A stretch of DNA of 64,000 bases from a virus, in IMG/VR virus record IMGVR_UViG_3300020213_000030, positions 4,530 to 68,529 of that record; one strand, given 5' to 3'. Under the pieces are notes generated by a model. That model had not been told where the DNA came from. It saw only the letters and a program-made list of their open reading frames with translations, and did no database searches. Below, piece by piece: positions 46,088 to 56,219 of the stretch (positions are counted from its first letter, which is position 1; every line of letters begins with the position of its first letter). Position numbers and translations under genes: made by a program.

Positions 46088-48748
46088 ATGCAGCATCTGA
46101 TTTTTGGTCTCGAGAAGGCCACCTACAAGATTGCGATTCTCGTCAACGAGATCCGCCGAGATGACATCCGCCGGGAATATGTCACCCCTTATGGCCTCAA
46201 CGAAGACGACATCATCGTCATCGATCTCCACCAGACAGCCGGCAAAAAGAGCACCCCAGCGGCCGAGCGTAAAATGTACATTTTCGAAGAGCTGGCGCCT
46301 ACGTTAAACGACCTCAAGGTCGAGTACCTGATCATTGGTGACGGCGACTACTTCAAGACCTTCACCAAGGTTTCCAAAGTTGATCCGACGCTGGGCTACA
46401 TGCTCAGCACCGAGTTTGGCGACTGGAAGGTGGCCTACGTCCCCAATTATCGAACCGTCTTCTACGACCCGTTGAAGGTCGGTCAGAAGATCAGTGCCGG
46501 CGTCAATGCCGTGATCAGCTGGATGAACGGGACCTACAGGGACCCGGGCGTTGACATCATAGAGTTCAGTGCATACCCGCAGACCATTAGCGAGATTGCC
46601 GACTGGCTCGACCGGCTGCTCGAGATGGACCGCGATCTCGCGATCGACATCGAGGCATTCTCACTCAAGCATTATGACGCCGGCATCGGTACGATCTCGT
46701 TTGCCTGGTCCAAGACCGAGGGAATAGCCTTCCCGATCGACATTCTTGACAGTCCGGAGCATTCCCGCATGTGCCGGCAGCTCTTGCGCATCTTCTTCGA
46801 GAAGTTTAAGCGCAAGGCGACTTACCACAACATTGGCTACGACGTGTACGTGCTGATTTATCAGCTCTTCATGAAGGACCTCCTCGACAACGAGGGGTTG
46901 CTCCATGGCCTCGACGTGCTGCTGCGAAACTGGGATGACACCAAGCTCATTACCTACCTCGCCACCAACTCGTGCGCCGGCAACGAACTGAGCCTCAAGA
47001 TCCAGGCCCAGGAATACGCCGGGAACTATGCCCAGGAAGACATCAAGGACATCCGCAAGATCCCGCTGCCACAACTGCTGCAGTACAATCTTGTGGACAG
47101 TATGGCGACCTGGTTCGTCCACGAGAAGCACTATAAGAAAATGGTCCGGGACAAGCAGCTCGACATCTACGAAACGCTTTTCAAGCCGGCGATAGTTGAC
47201 ATCATCCAGATGCAGCTCACCGGTATGCCTGTCAGCATGCCGCGGGTGGGTAAGGTCAAGCAAATCCTCCAGGCGGCCAACGATTCGGCCGTCCAGCAGA
47301 TGCGGACCAACCCGCTCCTCCAGAGCTTTGAGTATCACCTCAAGGAAGAGCACGTCCGCAAGCGGAATGAGAAGCTCAAAACCAAGCACATCTTGATCAC
47401 TGACGACGAGTGCAACAATGTCGTGTTTAATCCCAATTCGGCGCCGCAGCTCCAGGTGTTTCTCTACGAAAACCTGCAGCTACCGGTCATCAGCCGAACC
47501 AAGAACAAGGAACCCTCTACCGGTGGTGACATCCTCGAGGCGCTCAAGAACCATACCCAGGACAACAATATCCTTGGTTTCCTGGACGCTCTGATCGAGT
47601 TCAAGGCCGTCGACAAGATCCTGGGTACCTTCATTGTTGCGATGGAGAATGCCCAGCTGGGACCAGACGGCTGGCACTACCTGTTTGGATACTTCAACCT
47701 GGGAGGTGCCCTCTCAGGGCGCCTATCGTCGAGCAATCCGAACCTGCAGAACCTGCCGGCCAATGTGGTGATGGCGGTCAGCCAGCTCCTCCTCGACCAG
47801 TTCGGGGACGCCCTGGCTCCGTTCATCAGCAAGGGCAAACTGAGCCTTGGCAAACTCATTAAATGGTGCTTTGAAGCTCCTCCTGGCTGGTTCTTTTGCG
47901 GCATCGACTTCGCGTCGCTTGAGGACCGGATCTCAGCGCTGACAACCAAGGACCCGAACAAGCTGAAGGTTTACACCGATGGCTATGACGGGCATTGCCT
48001 CCGAGCCCATGCCTATTTCGGCGACAAGATGCCGGACATCGACCCGACGTCGGTGGCATCTATCAATTCGATCGCCGATCTCTATCCACGGGAACGGCAT
48101 ATTGGAAAGAACCCGACCTTCGCGCTGACCTATCAGGGCAACTATGGCACGCTGATGCGCAACTACGGCTTCAGCGAAGAGCTCGCACGCAAATGCGAGA
48201 CCTCCTACGCCACGCTTTACGCGGTCTCAATTGACTGGGTGAATGCCAAGCTCAACCAGGCCAGCAAGGATGGTTACGTGACCGTTGCTTTCGGGCTACG
48301 AGTGCGAACGCCGCTCCTGCATCAGGTTATCCGGGGCACCTCCAAGACACCGGCAGCCGCTGAGACTGAAGGCCGATCGGCAGGTAATGCGCTGGGTCAG
48401 TCCTGGTGCCTGCTCAATTCCAGAGCAAGTTCCGAGTTCATGGGAAAAGTCCGTCAGAGCGAACATCGTAACGCGATCAAGCCCTGCGCCCAGATCCATG
48501 ATGCGCAATACTATCTGTGCCGGGACAATATCGATGTTATCGAGTATGCCAACACCCATGTGGTGAAAGCCTGCGAGTGGCAAGATCACCCGGAAATCGC
48601 ACACGACGACGTCAAGCTAGGGGGCGAATTCTCGATCTTCTACCCGGACTGGAGCAAGGAGGTTTCCCTCCCCAACCATGCAACGCAGGCTCAGATCTAC
48701 GAGGCCTTCGAGAATCATATGAAAAAGCTCTTAGCCTGCCCGCAGTAA
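46088..48748 (+). CDS. DNA polymerase, family A, N4 type, with 3'-5' exonuclease
   Basis: IDIEAFSL (exo I), SGRLSSSNPNLQNLP, DFASLEDR (A), R..GKNPTFALTY (B), QIHDAQY (C). Confidence 0.95.
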   Translation: MQHLIFGLEKATYKIAILVNEIRRDDIRREYVTPYGLNEDDIIVIDLHQTAGKKSTPAAERKMYIFEELAPTLNDLKVEYLIIGDGDYFKTFTKVSKVDPTLGYMLSTEFGDWKVAYVPNYRTVFYDPLKVGQKISAGVNAVISWMNGTYRDPGVDIIEFSAYPQTISEIADWLDRLLEMDRDLAIDIEAFSLKHYDAGIGTISFAWSKTEGIAFPIDILDSPEHSRMCRQLLRIFFEKFKRKATYHNIGYDVYVLIYQLFMKDLLDNEGLLHGLDVLLRNWDDTKLITYLATNSCAGNELSLKIQAQEYAGNYAQEDIKDIRKIPLPQLLQYNLVDSMATWFVHEKHYKKMVRDKQLDIYETLFKPAIVDIIQMQLTGMPVSMPRVGKVKQILQAANDSAVQQMRTNPLLQSFEYHLKEEHVRKRNEKLKTKHILITDDECNNVVFNPNSAPQLQVFLYENLQLPVISRTKNKEPSTGGDILEALKNHTQDNNILGFLDALIEFKAVDKILGTFIVAMENAQLGPDGWHYLFGYFNLGGALSGRLSSSNPNLQNLPANVVMAVSQLLLDQFGDALAPFISKGKLSLGKLIKWCFEAPPGWFFCGIDFASLEDRISALTTKDPNKLKVYTDGYDGHCLRAHAYFGDKMPDIDPTSVASINSIADLYPRERHIGKNPTFALTYQGNYGTLMRNYGFSEELARKCETSYATLYAVSIDWVNAKLNQASKDGYVTVAFGLRVRTPLLHQVIRGTSKTPAAAETEGRSAGNALGQSWCLLNSRASSEFMGKVRQSEHRNAIKPCAQIHDAQYYLCRDNIDVIEYANTHVVKACEWQDHPEIAHDDVKLGGEFSIFYPDWSKEVSLPNHATQAQIYEAFENHMKKLLACPQ

Positions 48749-48767
48749 ACTCAAATCTGGAGATGAG

Positions 48768-49058
48768 ATGAAACCTAGTTGTGACACCTGTAAATTTTGG
48801 GAACGAAAACAGCAAGGGAAGCTAAATAATGAGGAGGAGTGCCGCCGTAACGCCCCACTTCCTTTCACCAGCCACGTCAAGAAGACCATTAACGCCCTGG
48901 GGTATATTATGTGGGCGAGCTACGTGGGAGCCTGGATAGACGAAGACACCTCCCGCAATGATCAGGACGAAGTGGCAGCCACTACGGATCACTCCTGGGC
49001 TTTCTGGCCGATCATCATGGATGCAGACTGGTGTGGGGAGCATACCCCCTCCACGTAA
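48768..49058 (+). CDS. Hypothetical Cys-rich protein
   Basis: GGAG RBS; CDTCKFW...CRRNAP...WP....WCGEH. Confidence 0.6.
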   Translation: MKPSCDTCKFWERKQQGKLNNEEECRRNAPLPFTSHVKKTINALGYIMWASYVGAWIDEDTSRNDQDEVAATTDHSWAFWPIIMDADWCGEHTPST

Positions 49059-49060
49059 TC

Positions 49061-49220
49061 GTCGCTTAGCTGCGGCTCCTGGGCAGGAGGGTTCAACTCC
49101 CTCTCGCTGACCGAGATCCGGTGAAATGCAGGTTCGAGTCCTGCCCGTAGTGGCTACACTATAAGGGAGACCCCACCGGTATGGGGTGGTCTGACAGCTC
49201 GGAAAGACGGCACCCTTTTC
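49061..49220 (+). ncRNA. Candidate structured RNA with two tRNA-like T-arms
   Basis: GAGGG-TTCAACT-CCCTC and GCAGG-TTCGAGT-CCTGC, enclosing stems and 3' hairpins; no anticodon arm. Confidence 0.5.
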
Positions 49221-49326
49221 TACATAATGACCCTTCAATAAACTGTGGCCATATGATAGATAATCCGCTACCATTAATTTTGAGATCGGCTATGACTCTA
49301 CCTACGCGACGAGTCGAGGCCTGATT

Positions 49327-49671
49327 TTGTTGAAAATAACGGAGTCAACTAACATGAGTGAAGCCAAACACCACTGGCTCGTCGCCGGCCAGATTATCAC
49401 AGCAAACCCCAAGGGGATTGGCCATACCCGCATCCTGAACAGCCTCGTGCTCGCCGATGAGCAGTGCCTCACCAAGCTCGACATCGCCCGGACGCAGGAT
49501 GGCCTGATGCGCCGTTTCGTGACCGAGACCGAACAGGAGAAGGGATTTCAGATCGTCGACGTCGTAATCCTCTCGATCAACTATCTCGGTCTCATGACCC
49601 AGGAAGGCTTCGAGGGCGCTTTTGCGGCTCAGGTCACCGGTCAGGACAACCAGCTGGCCGTGGTGAACTGA
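49327..49671 (+). CDS. Hypothetical protein (start probably MSEAKHHW)
   Basis: GGAG RBS; VDVVILSINYLGLMTQEGF motif seen in N4-like phages. Confidence 0.6.
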   Translation: MLKITESTNMSEAKHHWLVAGQIITANPKGIGHTRILNSLVLADEQCLTKLDIARTQDGLMRRFVTETEQEKGFQIVDVVILSINYLGLMTQEGFEGAFAAQVTGQDNQLAVVN

Positions 49672-49673
49672 CT

Positions 49674-50027
49674 ATGAAGGTACGCATCCCACAGCGCCAG
49701 CGCTTGATTGAGACCTCCAGCTCAGAGCGCAAGACCTATCCGATGGCGTCGGGTCTCCTGGACTATTTCCCGGACGCTTTGGCTGAGGTCTCGAAAGTCT
49801 CGTACCTCGGGAACCAGAAGCATAATCCCGGTAAGCCGATGCATCATGCCCGCGGCAAGTCCATGGATCACGCCGACTGCATCATTCGACACCTTGTCGG
49901 ACGCGGTGGCTTTGACGGAGAAATCCGTGAAAGCGCTGCAATGGCTTGGCGTGCCCTGGCTCTTCTCCAGGAAGAGATCGAGCAGGAAAACCATCTGGCA
50001 CTGCCACGCGGCGCCAAACTCGACTGA
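49674..50027 (+). CDS. dATP/dGTP diphosphohydrolase-domain protein (DUF5664-like)
   Basis: YFPDALAEVSKVS..GNQKH...DCIIRHL...AMAWRALALLQ. Confidence 0.65.
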   Translation: MKVRIPQRQRLIETSSSERKTYPMASGLLDYFPDALAEVSKVSYLGNQKHNPGKPMHHARGKSMDHADCIIRHLVGRGGFDGEIRESAAMAWRALALLQEEIEQENHLALPRGAKLD

Positions 50028-50117
50028 ACCACCTGATTATCTATGATTTAACCAACGGGATTATCTTAATATCCCGATGGTCTCGTGCCCCCAAAATTCC
50101 GCCAGAGGCCCTCTTCC

Positions 50118-51113
50118 ATGCGACTCACCAATATCCACGGTATCAGCCTTCCACTGGCCGTCTGGCTGCTGAACGACGAATACGACTACATCAACGAGCC
50201 GAACTACATCTCAGCCACCAGCCTGCTCAAGAGCACCCGCCAGCTCGTTCTTTCCCGTCGGGTGATCCAGGAAGATCGGGAACTCGATCTCTCGGACCTG
50301 CTGGCATCCCGTATGGGCTCGGCCATCCACGATTCGCAGGAGAAGGCCTGGCGCGAGAACGGCCAGGCTGCATTGCGCCGGCTCAACTACCCAGAGCAGG
50401 TCTGGGCCAACATAAAGATCAACCCCACCGACGATGAGATCGCCGCCAACCCGGCCATCATTCCGATCTGGATCGAGAAACGCTCTTTTCGTGAGATCGA
50501 GGTCGGTGGCGTCACCTACAAAATTGGTGGCAAGTTCGACCAGGTCATTCAGGGCCGGCTGTTCGATACCAAGACCACTTCGGTCTACTCCTACCTACTT
50601 GGCCGCAAGGACAATGACTACGCCATGCAGGGTGGTATCTATCGCTGGCTCAACACCAAGCTGATCACCGAAGACCACATCTTCATCCAGTTTGTCTTCA
50701 CCGATTGGCAGAAGGCCAGGGCTCGTGGTGATGAGGATTACCCACAGACCAAGACCATGGAATACCCAGTCCTGTTGCCCTCACTCGACGAGACCGAGGC
50801 CTACATCCGAACCAAGGTCGAGGAGCTGCTGAAGTACGGCGAAGCTCTCGATGAACAGATCCCCCACTGCACCGACAAGGAGCTCTGGAAGGGGGAGACC
50901 GTCTTCAAATACTACACCGACCCTGCCAAAGCCTCTACTCCTGGCAGCCGTGCCACCCGCAACTTCGAGGGCGACAAGGTGGCTGCCCACGCCTTCATGG
51001 CGTCAAAGGGTGGCGTTGGCATCGTCAAGGAAATCGCCGGCGAAGTGAAGGCATGCGGCTACTGCCCGGCCTACAACGCCTGCAAGCAGAAGGATCTCTA
51101 CTTTGTCTCTTGA
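50118..51113 (+). CDS. PD-(D/E)XK exonuclease (N4 gp42-like)
   Basis: ISATSLLK, GSAIHD, GGKFD...DTKTTS, CTDKELW, CGYC...CKQ. Confidence 0.8.
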   Translation: MRLTNIHGISLPLAVWLLNDEYDYINEPNYISATSLLKSTRQLVLSRRVIQEDRELDLSDLLASRMGSAIHDSQEKAWRENGQAALRRLNYPEQVWANIKINPTDDEIAANPAIIPIWIEKRSFREIEVGGVTYKIGGKFDQVIQGRLFDTKTTSVYSYLLGRKDNDYAMQGGIYRWLNTKLITEDHIFIQFVFTDWQKARARGDEDYPQTKTMEYPVLLPSLDETEAYIRTKVEELLKYGEALDEQIPHCTDKELWKGETVFKYYTDPAKASTPGSRATRNFEGDKVAAHAFMASKGGVGIVKEIAGEVKACGYCPAYNACKQKDLYFVS

Positions 51114-53259
51114 TCTATCGACGGTGAAACATCACCCGGCGATTGATGAAATCGTCGACATTCTTTGCGCCAAAACTCAGCAGCTGGATCGTAACTTCTT
51201 CCAGGCCGAGGTCGCTTATTTTCTAGGTAAGATGGCCGCAACGATGCGTGCCACTATCGTTACCAAGGACCGCGGTGAGTTGCCGGTCAACGTCTATGCC
51301 ATGGCACTGGCACCCTCTGGCTTCGGTAAAGGGCACTCGATCCAAGTTGTCGAGAATGAACTTCTCAAAGCCTTCAAGACCCGCTTTATGGAAGATGCTC
51401 TGCCAGTCTTGGCCGAGCAGAACCTTTGGGTCGTCGCCAATAGCCGGGCCGCCCGAAAAGGCACTGACCAACAGGAAGAATTCGACAAGGCGATGAAGGA
51501 GTATCGCTCCTACGGCGACTATCTGTTCACCTTCGACTCTGGCACCACACCGGCCGTGAAGCAGCTCCGTCAAAAGCTGCTGATGGCCAACGTCGGTTCG
51601 ATCAACATGCAGATCGATGAGATCGGCTCAAATCTTGTCAGGGAGATCGAGGTCCTTACCGCGTTCCTCGAGCTCTACGACGCCGGCATGATCAAACAGA
51701 AACTGATCAAGAACACATCGGATAACCAGCGAGGCGAAGACCTCGATGGCGCCACGCCGACCAACATGCTGCTGTTTGGCACACCCTCTAAGCTCTTTGA
51801 CGGTGGCCAGACCGAGACCGAGTTTTACTCAATGCTCGAAACGGGCTATGCCCGTCGCTGCATCTTCGGTATGGGCGCCAGGTCCCTGTCGGGTGAGAAC
51901 CTTACTGCCAAGGAGAAGTACGAACTTCGGATCAACCCGGCCAACAGTGCTGCCCTGGTCAAGTGGACCCAGCATTTCTACAGACTGGCAGATCCGTCGG
52001 TCTTCGGGTGGCGGATGGAGGTCGATGACGACGTCGGCATCGCACTGATCCAGTACCACGATACCTGCCTAAAGCTGGCCCACGTAATGGCCGAGCACGA
52101 TGAGATCAAGAAGGCCGAGATGGAGCATCGTCACTCCAAGGCCCTCAAGCTCGCCGGCGCCTTCGCATTCGTCGATGGTTCCACCATGATCGATCTCGAC
52201 CACCTGAACTCGGCAATCAAACTGGTCGAGGAGTCCGGGGACGCCTTCCAGAAGATCCTCAGCCGTGAACCCACCTATGTGAAGCTCGCGAAGTACATCG
52301 CTCAGGTGAGATCTGATCAGACCCACGCCGACATCCACCAGGAGCTGCCGTTCTATCCCAAAACCTCGGGTCCGCGGAATGACATGATGATGCTGGCCAC
52401 GTCCTGGGGCTACCGGAACAACGTCATCATCAAGAAGTCGTTCGTCGACGGCATCGAGTTCTTTAAGGGCGAGACGCTGCAGGAGACCAATCTTGCCAAG
52501 CTGGTGGTCAGCTACTCGAGCCACTGGGCCTATAACTACCAGTGCGATACGGCGCCGTTCAACGAGTTGCACATCCTGATGGAACATCCGGACATGCACT
52601 GGTCGAACCATCACTACAAAGAAGGCCACCGCACCGAAGAAAACATCCTACCGGGGTTCAACCTCCTGGTTCTCGACATCGACGAGGGCACCCCCCTCGC
52701 CACGGCTCACGAGCTTATGCGGGACTACAAGTTCCTGACCTACACGACCAAACGGCATCAGACCGAAGGTCATGGCGATCGATACAGGATGATCCTGCCA
52801 ATCAACTACACTCTGAAGCTCGACAGTGACGAGTACAAGGAGCTAATGCGTGGGGTGTTCGCTTGGCTTCCGTTCCAGACCGACGAGTCCTACGAGAAGC
52901 GGGAAAAGAAGTCCGAAACCTTCCCCGGCCAGGTCTACTACAACGATGATGCAGGGGTGCTCGACATCCTTCCGTTCATCCCCAAGACCAGCCGCTTCGA
53001 GCAGGCCCAGAAGCAAAATCAGCAGCTGGCCTCGCTCGATAATCTGGAACGCTGGTTTGCTGGGCGCATCGTCTCTGGCAACCGGAACAACCATATGATC
53101 AAGTACGCGTTGTGTCTGGTCGACGCTGGCTGGGACCTGCCTGCGGTACAGAGCCAGGTCCACGCCTTCAACAAGAAACTCTCGGATCCGATGGCCGAGC
53201 AGGAGGTGGATTCCACCATCTTGATCACCGTCGCCAAGCGATACCAGAAGGGCGCCTGA
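51103..53259 (+). CDS. DNA primase-related protein (N4 gp43-like)
   Basis: APSGFGKGHS, IDEIGSNL, VLDIDEG, YTTKRH, GNRNN (PriCT-like). Confidence 0.85.
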   Translation: MSLDLSTVKHHPAIDEIVDILCAKTQQLDRNFFQAEVAYFLGKMAATMRATIVTKDRGELPVNVYAMALAPSGFGKGHSIQVVENELLKAFKTRFMEDALPVLAEQNLWVVANSRAARKGTDQQEEFDKAMKEYRSYGDYLFTFDSGTTPAVKQLRQKLLMANVGSINMQIDEIGSNLVREIEVLTAFLELYDAGMIKQKLIKNTSDNQRGEDLDGATPTNMLLFGTPSKLFDGGQTETEFYSMLETGYARRCIFGMGARSLSGENLTAKEKYELRINPANSAALVKWTQHFYRLADPSVFGWRMEVDDDVGIALIQYHDTCLKLAHVMAEHDEIKKAEMEHRHSKALKLAGAFAFVDGSTMIDLDHLNSAIKLVEESGDAFQKILSREPTYVKLAKYIAQVRSDQTHADIHQELPFYPKTSGPRNDMMMLATSWGYRNNVIIKKSFVDGIEFFKGETLQETNLAKLVVSYSSHWAYNYQCDTAPFNELHILMEHPDMHWSNHHYKEGHRTEENILPGFNLLVLDIDEGTPLATAHELMRDYKFLTYTTKRHQTEGHGDRYRMILPINYTLKLDSDEYKELMRGVFAWLPFQTDESYEKREKKSETFPGQVYYNDDAGVLDILPFIPKTSRFEQAQKQNQQLASLDNLERWFAGRIVSGNRNNHMIKYALCLVDAGWDLPAVQSQVHAFNKKLSDPMAEQEVDSTILITVAKRYQKGA

Positions 53260-53327
53260 GCAATCAGGAAACCTTTTCTGGTGTGGGGTTATCTCTGATA
53301 ATCCAACAAAATAATAAAGGATAATGA

Positions 53328-54056
53328 ATGGACGCGATCAACGAGCAACTGGTACTTATCTCTGGCGAGTCCGGCACTGGCAAATCTGCCAGCCTGCGGA
53401 ACGTCCGAAACCAGGAGAGGTGGATGTACCTCAACTGCGAGGCCGGCAAGCGTCTGCCGATGCAGAACGGGTTCAAAACCTTCAAGGTCACCGATCCCTA
53501 CCAGGTCTACGAGGGCTTCGACCACGCAATGACCAACCCAACCAACTGGGATGGCATCGCCCTTGATACGATCACGTTCCTCATGGACATGTTCGAGAGC
53601 TTGTTCATCATCGGCAACACCAACACGCAGAAGGCCTGGGGTGACTATGCCCAGTTCTTCAAGAACATGATGCAGGACAAGGTCGTCAAATTTGGCAAGC
53701 CCGTGATCATCATGGGGCACACCAAGTCCGAACTCAATGAAGGGGCCATGGAGATGAGGACTTCGGTCCCCGTCAAGGGCTCGCTTAAGAACAACGGCAT
53801 TGAAGCCTATTTCTCGACTGTGATCTCGACCAAGAAGATCGGGATTATGGAGCTCGAGAAGTACGGGTCGGATCTTCTCAAGATCACCGACGAGGATCGT
53901 GAGCTTGGTTACAAGCACGTCTTCCAGACCCGGCCCACCAAAACGACCGTTGGTGAGCGCATCCGTTCACCCATGGGGATGTTCACCAGAGCACAAACCT
54001 ACATGGACAACGACGCTCAACTTCTCCTGGATCACCTGCGTAAGTTCTATACCTGA
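53328..54056 (+). CDS. Sak4-like ssDNA annealing AAA protein (N4 gp44-like)
   Basis: GESGTGKSASL, YLNCEAGKRLP, GIEAYFS, ERIRSPMGMF. Confidence 0.85.
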   Translation: MDAINEQLVLISGESGTGKSASLRNVRNQERWMYLNCEAGKRLPMQNGFKTFKVTDPYQVYEGFDHAMTNPTNWDGIALDTITFLMDMFESLFIIGNTNTQKAWGDYAQFFKNMMQDKVVKFGKPVIIMGHTKSELNEGAMEMRTSVPVKGSLKNNGIEAYFSTVISTKKIGIMELEKYGSDLLKITDEDRELGYKHVFQTRPTKTTVGERIRSPMGMFTRAQTYMDNDAQLLLDHLRKFYT

Positions 54057-54112
54057 TCTCAGGATCCTACCCCCGACTAGCCCACCACTTTCAGACAACA
54101 AGGAAAATATGA

Positions 54113-54862
54113 ATGACCAATGTTTTTGGCAACCTGACTACCGACGGCCTCGAAGAATCCCAGGATCGCATTGGCGGCTTCCGTGTCCTCGAATCCGGCC
54201 CTGTCAGGGGCAAGATCAAGATCGCCTACGCCGGCAAGGCATCCGGCTCAAACGCGCAGAGCGTCACTGTCATACTCGCCCACGAAAACGGCGAGTACCG
54301 TGAAACCTTCTGGGTCACGAACAAGGCCGGTGAGAACTTCTACACCAAGGAAGGCAAAAAGAACCCGCTCCCGGGCTTCACCATCATCGACGATCTTTGC
54401 GTCGTCACCACCAACAAGTCGTTGGCCCAGCAGCCGGGCGAGGACAAGGTCGTTAATCTCTACGACTACGAGCAAAAGAAGGAAGTCCCGACTTCTGTTC
54501 CGATGCTCGTCGAGCTCCTCGGCAAGAATGTCATCTTTGGCATCCAGAAGCACCTCAAGAACAAGCAGGTGAAGAACACCTCGACCGGTAATTACGAGGA
54601 CACGGCCGAGACCCGCGAAGAAAATGTCACCGACAAGATCTTCCACTTCCCGTCAAACCTGACCGTCGTCGAGGCCCGTAAGGGCATCCAAAAGGCTGGG
54701 TTCTACGATGCCTGGGTAGAGCGTAATACCGGCCAGACGCAGGATCGTCGTTCGATCAAGGACGGCCAGGCGAGCGCCCAGAGCGGTCGGACGGGTCGCC
54801 CGGGTGCCCCACCGAAGTCCGGTGAGGGTGCTGCCAAGACGACGTCACTGTTCGGCGCCTAA
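54113..54862 (+). CDS. Single-stranded DNA-binding protein (N4 gp45-like; late transcription activator in N4)
   Basis: YRETFWVTNK, LPGF, C-terminal SLFG. Confidence 0.8.
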   Translation: MTNVFGNLTTDGLEESQDRIGGFRVLESGPVRGKIKIAYAGKASGSNAQSVTVILAHENGEYRETFWVTNKAGENFYTKEGKKNPLPGFTIIDDLCVVTTNKSLAQQPGEDKVVNLYDYEQKKEVPTSVPMLVELLGKNVIFGIQKHLKNKQVKNTSTGNYEDTAETREENVTDKIFHFPSNLTVVEARKGIQKAGFYDAWVERNTGQTQDRRSIKDGQASAQSGRTGRPGAPPKSGEGAAKTTSLFGA

Positions 54863-54887
54863 ACATTAGCATCGAAGATATCACGTA

Positions 54888-55442
54888 ATGCTGATCCAAA
54901 TCCTCGGCATGGATCCAAGTCTCACTAACTGGGGACTTGCCGAGGCCTCCTTTTGCCTCAAGACGGGCATCCTGCAGACGCCCTTTCTCTCATTGGTTCA
55001 ACCTGATGAGTTGAAGGGAAAGCAGGTCCGGGTCAATTCCAACGACCTTCACCGATCTGAACAACTGGCCATCCGGGTAATCGAGGCCGCCAGGAAGGCC
55101 AAGGCAGTTTTCGTCGAGGTGCCGGTTGGATCTCAATCTGCCCGGGCGATGGCCAGCTACGGCATCTGTGTCGGTATCCTGGGAGCCGTTCGTGCGCTCG
55201 GGGTGCCACTTATTGAAGTTACTGCTACCGAGAGTAAACTCGTCTTCACCGGCGACAAGAATGCCACCAAGCGGAAAATGATCGATAGGGGGTACGAGCT
55301 TTACCCTGATGCGAACTGGCCGTGGCACGCCGGGAAAATCCCTGATAAAGCAGAGCACATGGCCGATAGTATCGGTGCCATCCATTCGGGCGTGCGGACG
55401 CCCATGTTTCAAAACCTAATGCGACTCTTCAGAGAGGTATAA
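54888..55442 (+). CDS. RuvC-like Holliday junction resolvase
   Basis: ILGMDPSLTNWG, FVEVPVGSQ, ATKRKMI, EHMADSI. Confidence 0.85.
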   Translation: MLIQILGMDPSLTNWGLAEASFCLKTGILQTPFLSLVQPDELKGKQVRVNSNDLHRSEQLAIRVIEAARKAKAVFVEVPVGSQSARAMASYGICVGILGAVRALGVPLIEVTATESKLVFTGDKNATKRKMIDRGYELYPDANWPWHAGKIPDKAEHMADSIGAIHSGVRTPMFQNLMRLFREV

Positions 55443-55445
55443 CCC

Positions 55446-56003
55446 ATGCAGATCTCCACCCAGGTCATGACTACAACCCGGATCATCCTGAACCAGAAAG
55501 AGATCGAGGACGCGCTGATCGCGTACCTGCGGTCCAAAACTGAGATCCCCAATAACGTCAAGTTCGACATCGACATTGGCGACAATGCCGACAAAGAGCT
55601 CGAGGGCGAGATCACGATCTTTGGCGGTTCGGATATTCCCTTCGATCCTCCGTTCACGGAGAACACCAAGCCGGCGGCCGAGCCCAAGCGCCGCGGTGGC
55701 AAGGGTACCCAGGCTGAAACCCGACAGACTTTCACCGTTCCCGACGAGCAAGAAGCTGTTGAGGATACGGATGGTAAGACAACGGGTGAGACCCGTCAGG
55801 TCGAGCTCCCAGCCACCGTCGCTACGAATGAACCCAAGCCGGATGCACCCAAGGTTGAGACCGAGGTCAAGCCGGCGATGATAACTGCGAAGATCTTCCC
55901 TGATCCTGCCACGTCAGCGGCGTACACGCCCGTACCCGCGGAACCCAGCCCCGAGGTGAAGGCGAAATCCCTGTTCGCCAACCTAGTGAAGCCGGCCAAC
56001 TAG
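55446..56003 (+). CDS. N4 gp47-like protein
   Basis: IILNQKEIEDALIAYL start, low-complexity body, KSLFANL end. Confidence 0.6.
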   Translation: MQISTQVMTTTRIILNQKEIEDALIAYLRSKTEIPNNVKFDIDIGDNADKELEGEITIFGGSDIPFDPPFTENTKPAAEPKRRGGKGTQAETRQTFTVPDEQEAVEDTDGKTTGETRQVELPATVATNEPKPDAPKVETEVKPAMITAKIFPDPATSAAYTPVPAEPSPEVKAKSLFANLVKPAN

Positions 56004-56012
56004 GCCGGCTTA

Positions 56013-56184
56013 CATGGGAGCCTTCGTCAAAGCCCTGCTCATATCGGGGCTCATCACCGGGGGGTTATTCGCACTTGTGTGGGCGGCAGTTCCCTTGATA
56101 ATGTTTTTGATAATCACGGGAATATCATACGTGATTATAAAGGAAAATCAGCAAGCCCGTCGTAACGTCCAGCATCGACGGTAG
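56013..56184 (+). CDS. Small two-TM membrane protein
   Basis: MGAFVKALLISGLITGGLFALVWAAVPLIMFLIITGISYVIIK...; end coordinate approximate. Confidence 0.45.
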
Positions 56185-56185
56185 G

Positions 56186-56217
56186 AGCTGGAGGATTTTT
56201 CCTCCAGCTTTTTTCTT

Positions 56218-56219
<2 letters not shown>
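56186..56219. terminator. Terminator where the middle and late units converge
   Basis: AGCTGGAGGA/TCCTCCAGCT plus T-run, between convergent genes. Confidence 0.7.

Noticed and set aside
49061-49160. Functional tRNA genes
   Set aside because: T-arms are present but I could not build D and anticodon arms or a 7-bp acceptor stem with CCA
49674-50027. Z-genome (2-aminoadenine) system
   Set aside because: No PurZ or other pathway genes are recognisable in the window
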